Below the pieces are notes generated by a model. It made no database searches, was not told the origin of the DNA, and saw only the letters and a program-made list of their open reading frames with translations. From Hyphochytrium catenoides (taxonomy: Eukaryota > Protista > Hyphochytriomycota), in assembly GCA_900088475.1 (NCBI GenBank), contig FLMG01003887.1, positions 1-64,000 of the forward strand: a stretch of DNA of 64,000 nt, read 5' to 3'. The stretch's first letter is position 1. The number at the start of each line of letters is the position of its first letter. Positions 1 to 10,400 of this stretch are shown here, in pieces. The position numbers and the translations under genes were made by a program.

Positions 1-786
1 GCGGCCAACCACATCTTTGGCCGGTCATCAACAAGAGCTTCATTTCATTTAGAGGCAGAAAGAGGAGGCTATCGTGGCAGCGTAGGGACGTCCATCTGTA
101 AGGTCTTTGGCCTCACTGTGGCCTCGACTGGCCTGTCTGAATCTGATGCTCGCGCTCACGGCATCTCTTCAGCAAAGGCAGTGACAATCCACAGAGCTAG
201 CCACGCCACTTATTACCCTGGAGCATCGCAACTAACGATCAAGCTGACATTTGATGCTGAGAAAGGTGGGAAACTCATTGGCGGGCAAGTCCTTGGCAGT
301 GGCGAGGCGGTGGCCAAGCGTGTGGACGTGCTAGCCACAGCTCTGCAGGCGGGACGTACCGTCTTTGACATAGAAGAGGCTGAGCTAGCCTATGCCCCGC
401 CGTATGGCTCTGCCAAGGATCCTCTTAACATCGCTGGTGCGGTCGCGGCTAACTATCTTCGTGGAGAATATCACTTTATCACTCCTAAAGAGTTACAAGG
501 CGATGTGCCCAACTACCACGTGATAGACGTTAGGACAAGACGTGAGTATCAGTACGGTCACATTGCCGGTGCCAAGAACTTTCCTATCGATGAGCTGAGA
601 CAGCGCCTGGAGGAGCTAAGAGAGGATGTGAAGGAGGAGACTAAGCCCCTTGTGCTCTACTGCGGAGTCGGTTTTAGGTCCTATCTTGGCTATAGAATCC
701 TAGTGCAAAATGGCTTTGAGAATGTGTTCAACCTGGATGGAGGTATCACAACCTGGCTCTCTCATGAGTTCCCGGTAGAGCGATAA
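1..786 (+). CDS. CoA-disulfide/persulfide reductase (pyridine nucleotide-disulfide oxidoreductase dimerisation domain) fused to a C-terminal rhodanese domain; 5'-truncated by the window edge
   Basis: Frame +1 is open from base 1: AANHIFG...YRGSVGTSICKVFGLTVASTGLSE, HATYYPGA, KLIGGQVLG, KRVDVLATA, ELAYAPPYGSAKDPLN, then rhodanese IDVRTRREYQYGHIAGAKNFP, LYCGVGFRS, NLDGGITTW; TAA at 784-786. No introns in the visible part. Confidence 0.93.
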   Translation, partial: AANHIFGRSSTRASFHLEAERGGYRGSVGTSICKVFGLTVASTGLSESDARAHGISSAKAVTIHRASHATYYPGASQLTIKLTFDAEKGGKLIGGQVLGSGEAVAKRVDVLATALQAGRTVFDIEEAELAYAPPYGSAKDPLNIAGAVAANYLRGEYHFITPKELQGDVPNYHVIDVRTRREYQYGHIAGAKNFPIDELRQRLEELREDVKEETKPLVLYCGVGFRSYLGYRILVQNGFENVFNLDGGITTWLSHEFPVER

Positions 787-1365
787 CTATAGAAAGTACG
801 GAAACAAGCAGCCACCGGGACGAAAGGAGAGCCGATAAGACGGAGGAGAATATGTGGTCGTTGTGTTGGCAATGAAAATAGAAAGACGACGGACTGGGTG
901 GCCTTTCTCTGTTCTCAGCCCATGTCCTGCCCTTTGAATGCACGTGGAGCTCTACTTCTCTTCTCTGCCGACATACGACCAGCCACATCTTTTGAGTCAG
1001 CCTCTTCATTGCTTGGGAACCTTACTCTCTGCACCGAGTGACGACAGTCTGAAGTGAACTCTTGACGGACACTACATGCTCTCTGGAAGCACTCTATGCT
1101 GTGCTATTTCACCTATCGTGAGACGGACTGGGCTTGATGACAAGAGCGAGAACCCGGGCAACTCCCGACCTCGTAATGAGGGAAAGGCAGACACTAGCAA
1201 TAACCTGCTAACTGGGTTTGGTCAGGACAGCGCCTATGAAAGCTTCTTGCTTGCTTCTATTTATAAAAGATTTAAACCTTTCTAAAATCACGCCCTAGGG
1301 TAACAGCACACCCATTGTCTTTGTGTGCCCTTCTTCTTTTCCGTCTCCTTTCTCTTCCCACTTCT

Positions 1366-2694
1366 CTAGTATGCGTTCTTAACTCCTTCTCTCATCACTT
1401 CTATCGTGCTAACATCCTTGTCGTACACAGCGTACCACCCTGGAGCCTCGTGAGGCGGGTCCGAGATCCACTTGTTACCGGGCCGAGCAGCGCCAGCGTA
1501 CGCCCAGAAACCAAAGCCTGCATATGCGCCTCCATTCTTATGAGAAGAGCTCACGTGACCAAGCATCGCTTTGTAATATCTATCCTTGTTGGTGGTGGGA
1601 TGTTCGGGGTTATACCAGTTTGCCTTGTCACCTAGGGCGAGCCAATTGTCACGGGCCATGCCAAACTCCTCCAGAACCAGGGGCTTGTTGATCTTCTTTG
1701 ACCAGCCTTCTACCTTCTGCAGCTCTCCCACACCCCAGGATACCGCGTTGGCAATGTTAGCCTCGCTGCCGTCCAACATGTCGTAGACTCCCCTGTTCTG
1801 CACCCACACATGGATGGTTGCATAGTCAACGTTAGCTACATCGTGTGCAGTCATATAGTCCTGCTCATCGCTCTTGGATTCTAGCCCAACGGAGACCATG
1901 TGCTTTGGCGCCAGAGACTTGATAAACGCTGTCGTGTCTTGCACCCAGCTGCGCGGAGGAGATTGTGGCTCGTTGCCCAGCTGCCAGGAGAAGACAGTGG
2001 GGTCGTCTTTGTAGAGAAGGCCCGTGTACTTGTTCCTGCGATTGATCACCGTGGCAATGTGATCCCTGTAAGCCTTCTGTGCCGTCTCTCTCACCTGTGG
2101 ATCGTTGTAGAACCGTGCGGAGTATTGGATGAACGTGTCCCAGCTGTTATCCTGGGTATAATCTCCCAGCTTGGGGTCCCAACTGGGCGGGTAAGGGATG
2201 CGGGTGTTGCCTGTGGCCCAAGAGACATACTGGGAGAAGCCGCCAGACCAGTGCCAGAAGTTATTGAGGCACATGACCGCTTTCATGCCTCTCTTGCCGA
2301 TCTCTGCCATGGCATAGTCAAGACCATCAAAAACTGCCTCGTTGTACTGACCAGGAGCCTCCATGAGGGCTGGAGTCATGCGGAACGGCTCAGTGTTGGG
2401 GCCCTCGCTGCTTGCCATAATTCTCAGGTTGTTGATTCCCATCTTCTTCATTGCGTCCAAATCCTCTAAAAGACGAGTACGGTTGCCGCCAAGGCTAACG
2501 TCAGCAACGCCAAGATTCATAGCCTGCCAGTAGTTGGCAGAGAAGATAAACGTTTCCTGACCATCAGCGTAGAAGCGCATATCCTTCACAGAAACAAAGG
2601 CAGAGGAAGACACGGAAGAGATCTGCCCAAAGGCGTTGACTCCTTCCGTGGCAATGACGGCCAGAAACGCCGTCAGATAAGCAGCGTTGACCAT
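1366..2694 (-). CDS. Secreted glycoside hydrolase family 5 (GH5_7-like) beta-mannanase/beta-mannosidase, single exon
   Basis: First ATG at 2694 gives a signal-peptide-like MVNAAYLTAFLAVIATEGVNA. Motifs ANYWQAMNLG, NNFWHWSGGFSQY, WQLGNEP (acid/base), ATIHVW, PLVLEEFGMARD (nucleophile), FWAYAG, DPPHEAPGWYAVYD. Confidence 0.93.
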   Translation of the reverse strand: MVNAAYLTAFLAVIATEGVNAFGQISSVSSSAFVSVKDMRFYADGQETFIFSANYWQAMNLGVADVSLGGNRTRLLEDLDAMKKMGINNLRIMASSEGPNTEPFRMTPALMEAPGQYNEAVFDGLDYAMAEIGKRGMKAVMCLNNFWHWSGGFSQYVSWATGNTRIPYPPSWDPKLGDYTQDNSWDTFIQYSARFYNDPQVRETAQKAYRDHIATVINRRNKYTGLLYKDDPTVFSWQLGNEPQSPPRSWVQDTTAFIKSLAPKHMVSVGLESKSDEQDYMTAHDVANVDYATIHVWVQNRGVYDMLDGSEANIANAVSWGVGELQKVEGWSKKINKPLVLEEFGMARDNWLALGDKANWYNPEHPTTNKDRYYKAMLGHVSSSHKNGGAYAGFGFWAYAGAARPGNKWISDPPHEAPGWYAVYDKDVSTIEVMREGVKNAY

Positions 2695-5289
2695 ACTTCC
2701 TTTGTTAAATCTTGAATGTCCTATCACGAGGCGTTGACCTTCTTCTTGACTTGCTTTCTGCGACTCCTAGTCGTCTGGAGGAAAGCTCGTGTTTCTCCTT
2801 CTGGGCTGGGCCTTCGCAGCAGAGAGAAAATTGTAGAATGAGTCGGGAGAGGGGACCGCCTTCTTCCTCACGATCAGAGCCTTACCTGTGCCTAGCCATT
2901 TGTTCCTTCTTCTCCTTTGTGTGATGCTTTAGGCTCGCGCCTACCCTGTCTATTGGAGTCTATCGTTCTTCCCTCTCGCTCTCCTCTTCCCCCTTCTTGT
3001 CTCTTGCGTGACCGCCCTTCTTTGGCCTTTGCCTTTGCATCTCCTTTTCCATATTTTCAGTGGCTTGCATGCGATGATCACCGAGCATGGGCGCTCAAGC
3101 TCCATTCGCAATTTATTATCCAAGTTAAGACTAAGGTAGGACCTCAACCAAGCACCTCAAAGTGTCTCCTGTCTCCCTCCCTCTCACTCTATCTCTCCCT
3201 TCCCCACTTCTTCCTTTCCTCAAGCTCGTCCGCCCTCCTTCTCCATTTCACGCTCTCTGATGTTTCTCTTCCCTGTTCTCACTCTCGCTCTCTGGAATTG
3301 CCTGTAGCACATCGTTTGTTAATCTTTCTCTCTCTCTCTCTTTCTCGTGCCCTTCTGTTGCTCTCTGTCTGTCTCTCTCTCTTTCTCTACCTCTCTCCTC
3401 TCCCTCCCGTTCCGTTCTGCCTCTCTCCCTCTCTTGCTATTGCCTCACATCTATCTATCCCAACTGCCATATGGGATCTTCTGCTGGCTCTCTTCCCAAT
3501 AATTGATTCCCTTCTCCATAGCCTTCCCTCCGCCTTCTTCCGGCCACGGCCATCATGGAAATGACCCTTCACATTCTACCGGCCTCTAAGGTTCTGTTTC
3601 TTGCGCATCTAGATTGTTCCTGCTCCGCGGTCACTATCCTTGGGCCTAACTTCAAGAAGGAGACGAGGACAAACGATGATGAAATTGCTAGTCAAGTCTC
3701 AATCATACATCCTGTCCCCACTTCCCTGCACGACCTGATCGCTCCTGCACTGACCACTTTTTTGGAGGTCAATACGAGGGAAGACGGGAACAGAGCAGGC
3801 GTAGAGAAGGGACTAATAGTGAGAAGGAGGAGGAGGTTGGCTCGTTCAACAGCTCAAGAGGGCTATGGAAAGGGCATATTTTACGAGGGCGGTGAACTTG
3901 CAGGGCAAGTGGAAGAGACTAAGACGCGAAGCAAGGATAGGTTTCGAGCGTGACGAACAACACAGCGCAAAAGCAGCAGCCGAAGCAAACAGCAGGAAAA
4001 GGATGAAGGATGTACAAACAAAGAACCAGAGGTAGGCTTCGTGGTCCTCCTCAGAAAGAGGTAATCCAGCTACGATGATGCCTTGAAGGCAAGATCGCGC
4101 TTTGGCAAGGCCAGGTTTGGTCGCGAGAACGTAGCTCTATAATAGAAAGCTAGCCAAAAGAGACAAAGACGTCACATGCTCTGGAAAGGGAGCAGGTGCC
4201 TTCACGTAAGCGGCTTCCCATGGCTCGTAGCCTGTAGTAGCCTCGCAGGCGCTCTTATGACTGCTCCTAACCTCCCCTGGTAGCTTTCTCGCTTTCTTCA
4301 GGCGGGGACGCGCCAGATCCTTTACTTCTATTAGAGAACTCTAAGAGGCTAAGAAGCTTGAGGACTGTTCCCCTTCTTCAACCTGCGCTGGTGATGGTGA
4401 CCTCTTACGCGATGGCCTCAGGACTAAGATTCGTCATAATTGGTTCTTATGCCGCCTGCCTACGTATGGCTGGTATCTCAATCAGAGCAGGCAGAAGGAG
4501 TGCACGACGACTCTGTGGGTAGGACGCCGGCTGTCGGCCTCAGGATGATGGCGGCGCTCCTCTTATATTATGACAGCTTCTTAGGACTCCTCCTTGGGTA
4601 CTTGTACTTGGTGCAATGGTGTCAGATACCTGTACTTGGTAAAGTGGAACTAGTATTCACTGTTAATGTATGACTAATTACCAAGATCCAAGAAGTAAAT
4701 ACCGTCCATGTCACTACTTACTTACTTAGATATAGTTGATGATCCTTTGTTTAAGGGGTTTTTACGGCATTCTTTTTGTGCCTGATGGTCGTGCTGGTGG
4801 CGCGTGGTCGGGCTTGGTGCCGCTGCTGCGCATCAAATCCATTGGCAGGGCACCTTGTTGAAGTTCAAGTTGTACCACGCTTTCTTCTTCCTCTTCTTCT
4901 GCTTTGACCTGTCGTCCGAGTCCTTTGGCTCTTATTAGATATCGTCCTCCTGGTTAGAAAGGCAAAGAAGTAGTATAGGAGAAGCTGGAACAGCAGAGGT
5001 GAGTAAACCTTGGCCTATCATCTTCCCAACTGCGCCGTTCTACCAGCGGTGGAAAAGCGCGAGTGGCTACTGTTTACTCCGAACTTCCGTCTGAAGACGG
5101 ATGACTGTCAACTAGAGGAGCACGAAGAGGCTCAGTACAGTATGACCTCAACGATTGAAAATTATGTTTTCCTTTCCCCTCCGGGCCTCATGATGAAAGG
5201 GCAACAAATCTTGAGGTCACTATTCTTCCTCGCCTGTTGGTTTCCAGTGAGGACAACATCAGTTTCATCATGGTACCTTTCTGCTGCTG

Positions 5290-6035
5290 TGTCGAATCAC
5301 ACCTCCCATCGAGTCCCAACATCATGGTGTTGCCATGGTATGGCCATGCACTGAAGTATTTCTTGAAGGTGAAGGAGCATGAAGGCAGAGTTGCAGAGTT
5401 GCGGTAAATAAAGTAAGGGAAGAGCGGGAGAGAGCTCAGGAGGCCGAAGAAGGCGACTTGGGAAAGGCTAGTACGTAAGAAGAAGAGTGCTTTATAAGCT
5501 GCTCCATATTAAGAGAACTCGAGAGGAGTAAGGACTTTAAAGTTGCCCATAGTAGGTACGATGCTTAATCAAGAAGGGATGATGATAACGCGTCTCTCGT
5601 CCAAATTTTTGTATAATAAGGAGTTTGGAGGCAAAATGGCATCAAAAGAGAAGTTTGCCCAGGTGTGCAAGAAGAAGCTGAGCACAGCGTTAGGTGAAAA
5701 GATAGGAAGGTAGACTTGGGATGATATGATGCAGAAGAGGGGCGGAGGACGGGTAAGATTGCCTCTAAGAGCATGAGAAAGGCCAGACCGAGCCGAATAT
5801 CTGACATTGCTCATTGGATCTCCTTAAAACCTCCTTCTGGGTTAGGAAGCTAGTAAACCTTCAAAGCACGTCCAGCAGCCGGCTCTTTGATAGGGAATAA
5901 AAAATGGATGTTTAAGCCCTTACCCCACTTGCAGACGCTGGCAGAGGATAAAGAAAAAGCACCCACTTTGACTAGGGAAGACCGAGAGAGTGCTTCGCCA
6001 TCAAACATGGCTTCCGGCAGAAGATACACAGCTTG
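5290..6035 (+). mobile_element. Highly degenerate Ty1/copia pol remnant (integrase core and RT start)
   Basis: Broken-frame motifs in copia order: TPPIESQHHGVA (~5300, cf. integrase TAPYTPQQNGVAER), ARPAAGSLIGNKKWMFK (~5865-5915, cf. RT IGCKWVFK) and AIKHGFRQK (~6000-6023, cf. ARLVAKGFxQ). No intact ORF. Confidence 0.4.
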
Positions 6036-7461
6036 CAATCCGAAAGCATTACGCCACGACCTGTCAACAACCAAGAACAATTATGAAATCCCCCTGGCAA
6101 CGAGCGTTACAATCAATGCGTCGTCCGCGGACAGCGTAGGCTAGGGATAGGCGAGTGTAATGAGGACCCGAGCTGAAGCTGAGCTAAGATCGGCTGTTAT
6201 TGACAACGGACCAGTGGCATGCCTCCTCACAGCGTGTGCTTTGACTTAAACGTCAACGCTTTCTTTCCTACATGTTTGAGGGTATAAATGATCGCTTCTC
6301 AATTCTCCATCCTACGTGTCTCCTAGGAAGTGGAAGTTTGGACCGCTGCCACTTGAAACTTACACTATTCGATGTTCTGTGCCCTCCGAGAAAGATGTCC
6401 AGTCTTAATAATGAGTCAATGGCTCCAGCTTTCCAACCATTTCCCCTCCTACTGCGGGTGCAACTGAGTATAAAAGGGAAGAACTGTCCTTCGTCAAAGA
6501 GCAGACAGTGTCCGTCACTCCAATCAGTTACGGGAGCTACTACCCTCCTCCATACTCTCGATGGAGTTTTCTACGCATTAGGAAAAAAGAATCAAAGAGC
6601 TTACATTCAGTTCTAAGATGCTCAGTACCTTTCCCTACCGGTTTGCAGGTAAACGGGAAGCAGAACCTCTTGTAACTCGACCATAAAGCCAGAAAGGCGG
6701 CCTTACTATATTCAGCGTCTCCAACAACGAGTTGGTCGCCGAACCAGGCTAACACTGTCTATAAAGCCCCAGACCAGGACACGCCATGAAGCATGCGCTG
6801 AGCTCAAGGAGCGGTCTGCCTATTGATAGCATGCTTCCCTAGGCAAGGAAGTGGCAGTCACAAGTGCCTTAACACTCTAGAATGCAGATTTTTTTTTGAA
6901 GAACTCTTCTTCTTCCCTGATGATGGAGCAGCCATCATCAGAAGTGAAAGACAGTCCAGAGGGGCGACCTACACCATTCGCACCCCAAGGACATTCCAGT
7001 ATGGCAATTATCAGGATATTGACCAAGTAACAAAATAGCAAACTATTCTCAATTTGGCACAAACAAATCTCAAACATGATATGTGAAGCAAAAGGTTGAT
7101 TTCTTACACATAGAAGCTTGTCAATTAAGGCTATTGTAAATTGCCGGTCAAGAGTCTCGATAATTTACCCGAAGAAATGCGATAAACTCTGAGCTTCAAA
7201 ATGTGGAACTGGACAGAATCTGCATCATCACACAGCTACCTTCTCCGGCAAGACCCAGAACTCGCCCACAATCTTCAAGGTCTTTGGATCATACATGCCC
7301 TGCTTATACCTCGTTATAGGGCTCACAAGGTGCTAGTGCGATAAAAGAAGATGCTTACAGGAACGTTATCTACGTGAGGCCTCTGTCTCCATTCCTCCAC
7401 CTCTCTGATGAGGGAAAGGTCATGCACACTTGGTGGTTGATGATGCCTAGACAAGCCTATA

Positions 7462-10400
7462 ATGGCCGATAAGGTGTATGGCTCTCCATCGTGTAGGATG
7501 ATTAGGACGCCAGACGCGCAAAACAATCAAGAGACTTCGCCTGCTACGGATGAAGGCCGTGCCTATCAGAGTCTTTCTGGAGGGTTGTTTGGGTCCTTCT
7601 CTAGGGCCGTCCATACGCCAAGCTATAGCTCCCAGACACCTCCTGGCTACCGGCAGCGCGCATCTGCTTTGGAAGGCGAATTAGGAGGACGAGAAAACAG
7701 CTTAGAGGGTTCAAGAAGCGGCCGTCCGGGTGATCTCTTTGACAGCTCTACTTGGAAGCAACCACTGCAAAATCTCTTTGAAGGGGCCGAAAAGGAAGGA
7801 ATCAAGGACAAGAAGTTCGAGGAGGAAGAGCATGAAGATCTCATCAAATGGATGCCAGAACCTGAAGGGGTGATTGTGACAAGCGTGAGCATTGAGAGGG
7901 ATGCACTGATTCCTTACTGCTTGTTTATTGTGGAGGTGAGACCAGGTCTATTATGCTCTAGCTCTTACACATAAGTGTGTTGCTCTTGTCTTGCCTCTTT
8001 AGTCATATCACTGTTTTTCCAATGTCTTTTTAAGTCTATCCATCTACCCGGCTGCCCGTCAGCAGCTGCTGTCTGCCTTGGGCTTAGTCCAAGCCACAGG
8101 GAATACTAGGTCCAGGCTCTGCGACTCTCTTCCAGTTCTACCGCACGTCTCATTCGTTCTTACTGCCTGACGGTCGTCTCTGTTGGTTGTCTCTTGGCAT
8201 GCATTGTGGCCCCTCAATTTCTCCATGGGCACCTTCGCTTCTGTCACATTTCTGACCTTTGTGTTTGACTTGATATGTAGATAAAGAGCGGAAGAACATG
8301 GTGGAGTATCAGAGTAACGCAGAAGCAGCTTGTCAGGCTGTACATCAGGCTGCGCCTCGAGAACCTTCTTGGCAGAGAGGTATAGAGCTGCACTTACTCT
8401 CTGGCCCCTTTCTCTTCTCCCCGTCTTACTTTATATACCGATCCTATAAAGTACGCTAAGATAGCACACTCTCTGTGTCCTTTTATGAAGGCCTTTCCGG
8501 TGCCGGTGCCCTGGGATTTATTTGTGGAGCGAATTGCTACGAGAAGAGTGCTAGACGCGCCGATTGTGGAGAAGTATCTGCAGGATTTACTTCGGCATCC
8601 GCTCATCAGGAAGTGAGTAGAAATGGAGCATTTGAAGAAGGAGACAAGATTGAAAAAGAATTGTGGTGTTTGTGCGAAGAAATAACCAGGACCTGATGCG
8701 AATGACAGAATGGGCTAGAAAAGCATGGACTTAAGAGCTGCATAAGTCTGATTGCTGTGAAGGCTTTGGACAACCATGCACGAAAAGGCTGACCCCTGTG
8801 TAACTTGTCAGGTCCAAAGCTATGCAGAACTTTCTGGAGCTAAGCCCGATGAGGGCCGACATTAGATATGGGCCATCACTGCGAGAGGTGAGACTAGGGG
8901 ATCGATAAGCCTAAGAACCGAAGACAAGACAACCGGAATAGAAGAGTTTGTTCTCTTTTTGTCTCAGGGTTACCAAGTTGAGCTGTGCCCCTCTGTCTCT
9001 GATCTCTCCTGATCTCACTTTTCCAATCCCTTCACTTGGTTGCTTAGGGCTACTGATCTCACTTTTCCAATCCCTTCGTATGATTGCTTAGGGCTACTTG
9101 CACGTGAAAGTAAAGAGTCATGCTACGTTTTATTCGAAGAGAATTGGCAGCGGCTGCAGTCATGTCATAGACGTGCTCGTCAATATCATCCAGTACTTAC
9201 TCCTGGCCTTCTCTATGGCCTTCTTCTTCGTTCCGGTCGCGACTGTTCTGTTCTTCAAAGCGCCATTGGTGCTGATATCCGGCAATCCAAGGGTACGAAA
9301 CAGAAGGCTTAGGTTATCTGCCTCCAAACGGCTCACTTGACAACTCTGTCTGCATCGTCAACGGCCTCTCCCCGTCGTCTTTCAAATGTTTCGATGATGG
9401 TCGTTTTTGTCTCTAATGATCGTCTGACCTTCAGATTATCAGCACACCACCAGCATGGAGTGACAGGCTGGACCGGTTCATCAACTATTCTGCGTTCTTC
9501 ATCTTCTGGCTGTTCTTGTTTGGAGGTAAGACAGCTGCAAACCACTGAACGCCATTGAGGTGGCGTTCTGCTAAAAGGACGGAAAGACTGGTTGTTTATA
9601 ACGCTTGAGCTTTTGAAAGACAGTTATCTTGGGCTACTTGTTTGAAGCTCTTGCCAGTCTGTTAGCGCTAAGTCTGCTATTCTCTAAATTTACTGTTCCC
9701 CTCTGAACTTCGCCGGTGTTTTCCGTAGCCGTTTTCTGGGCCTATCAGTTCTTCCGTGACCGGATCTTTAAGGAGCGTCGCTGGGTAGTGCTGAAGCCTT
9801 CCTGTCTACTGTTTTTCTCTCGGAAAGACGACCTCAAGCCGACCGAGGTTCTTCTTTTTGACGATAGCATGCAAGTCCGGAGAAGCACCATTAGACAAGG
9901 TAATGATGTAATCTCCTCCTATCTTCGGCATTCGCTAGGATCCCCGCTTCTGTCCTAAAGCTCGGCTCTCAAGCTTGGAGAGCATTTAGCTTTGCTCAAG
10001 CAATTCTCTTCGGTTTGCAATTCTCAGAAAGCGCTGCTGCTCACGTCTAAATCCTTGAAGCCCAACACTAACCACCACATGACTTAACCTTTCCTTTCGT
10101 GTCTCTTCTTTTCTTAGCACACCGCTGTGGCCTCTATCTCTCGAAATTCTGCTCTTTCTTACTTGTACCTATTCTTATCCCCGGGTACCTAGTGCTGACC
10201 GTTTTCCGTCTAGGGCTAATGTGGATGCCCAATGGGCTCACGGTGGATGCTTTGATGGGAACTGTGGAGATGGATGCCGGCCATTTATATGCAGTCATCA
10301 TACAGTCCCTGTGTTTTATAAGCTCCTATCTCTTCTTTTCCTTGATGATAGGTGCGTTCGTAGTGTCTGTCGAGTATCTTCAACACTCATCTCTTCCGGT

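Noticed and set aside
1900-2469. 189-aa + strand ORF
   Set aside because: Antisense shadow of the GH5 gene.
2917-3564. 215-aa Leu/Ser-rich ORF, and the many similar SLSLSL/RERERE ORFs across the window
   Set aside because: Translations of CT/GA microsatellite tracts, which lack stop codons; no protein motifs.
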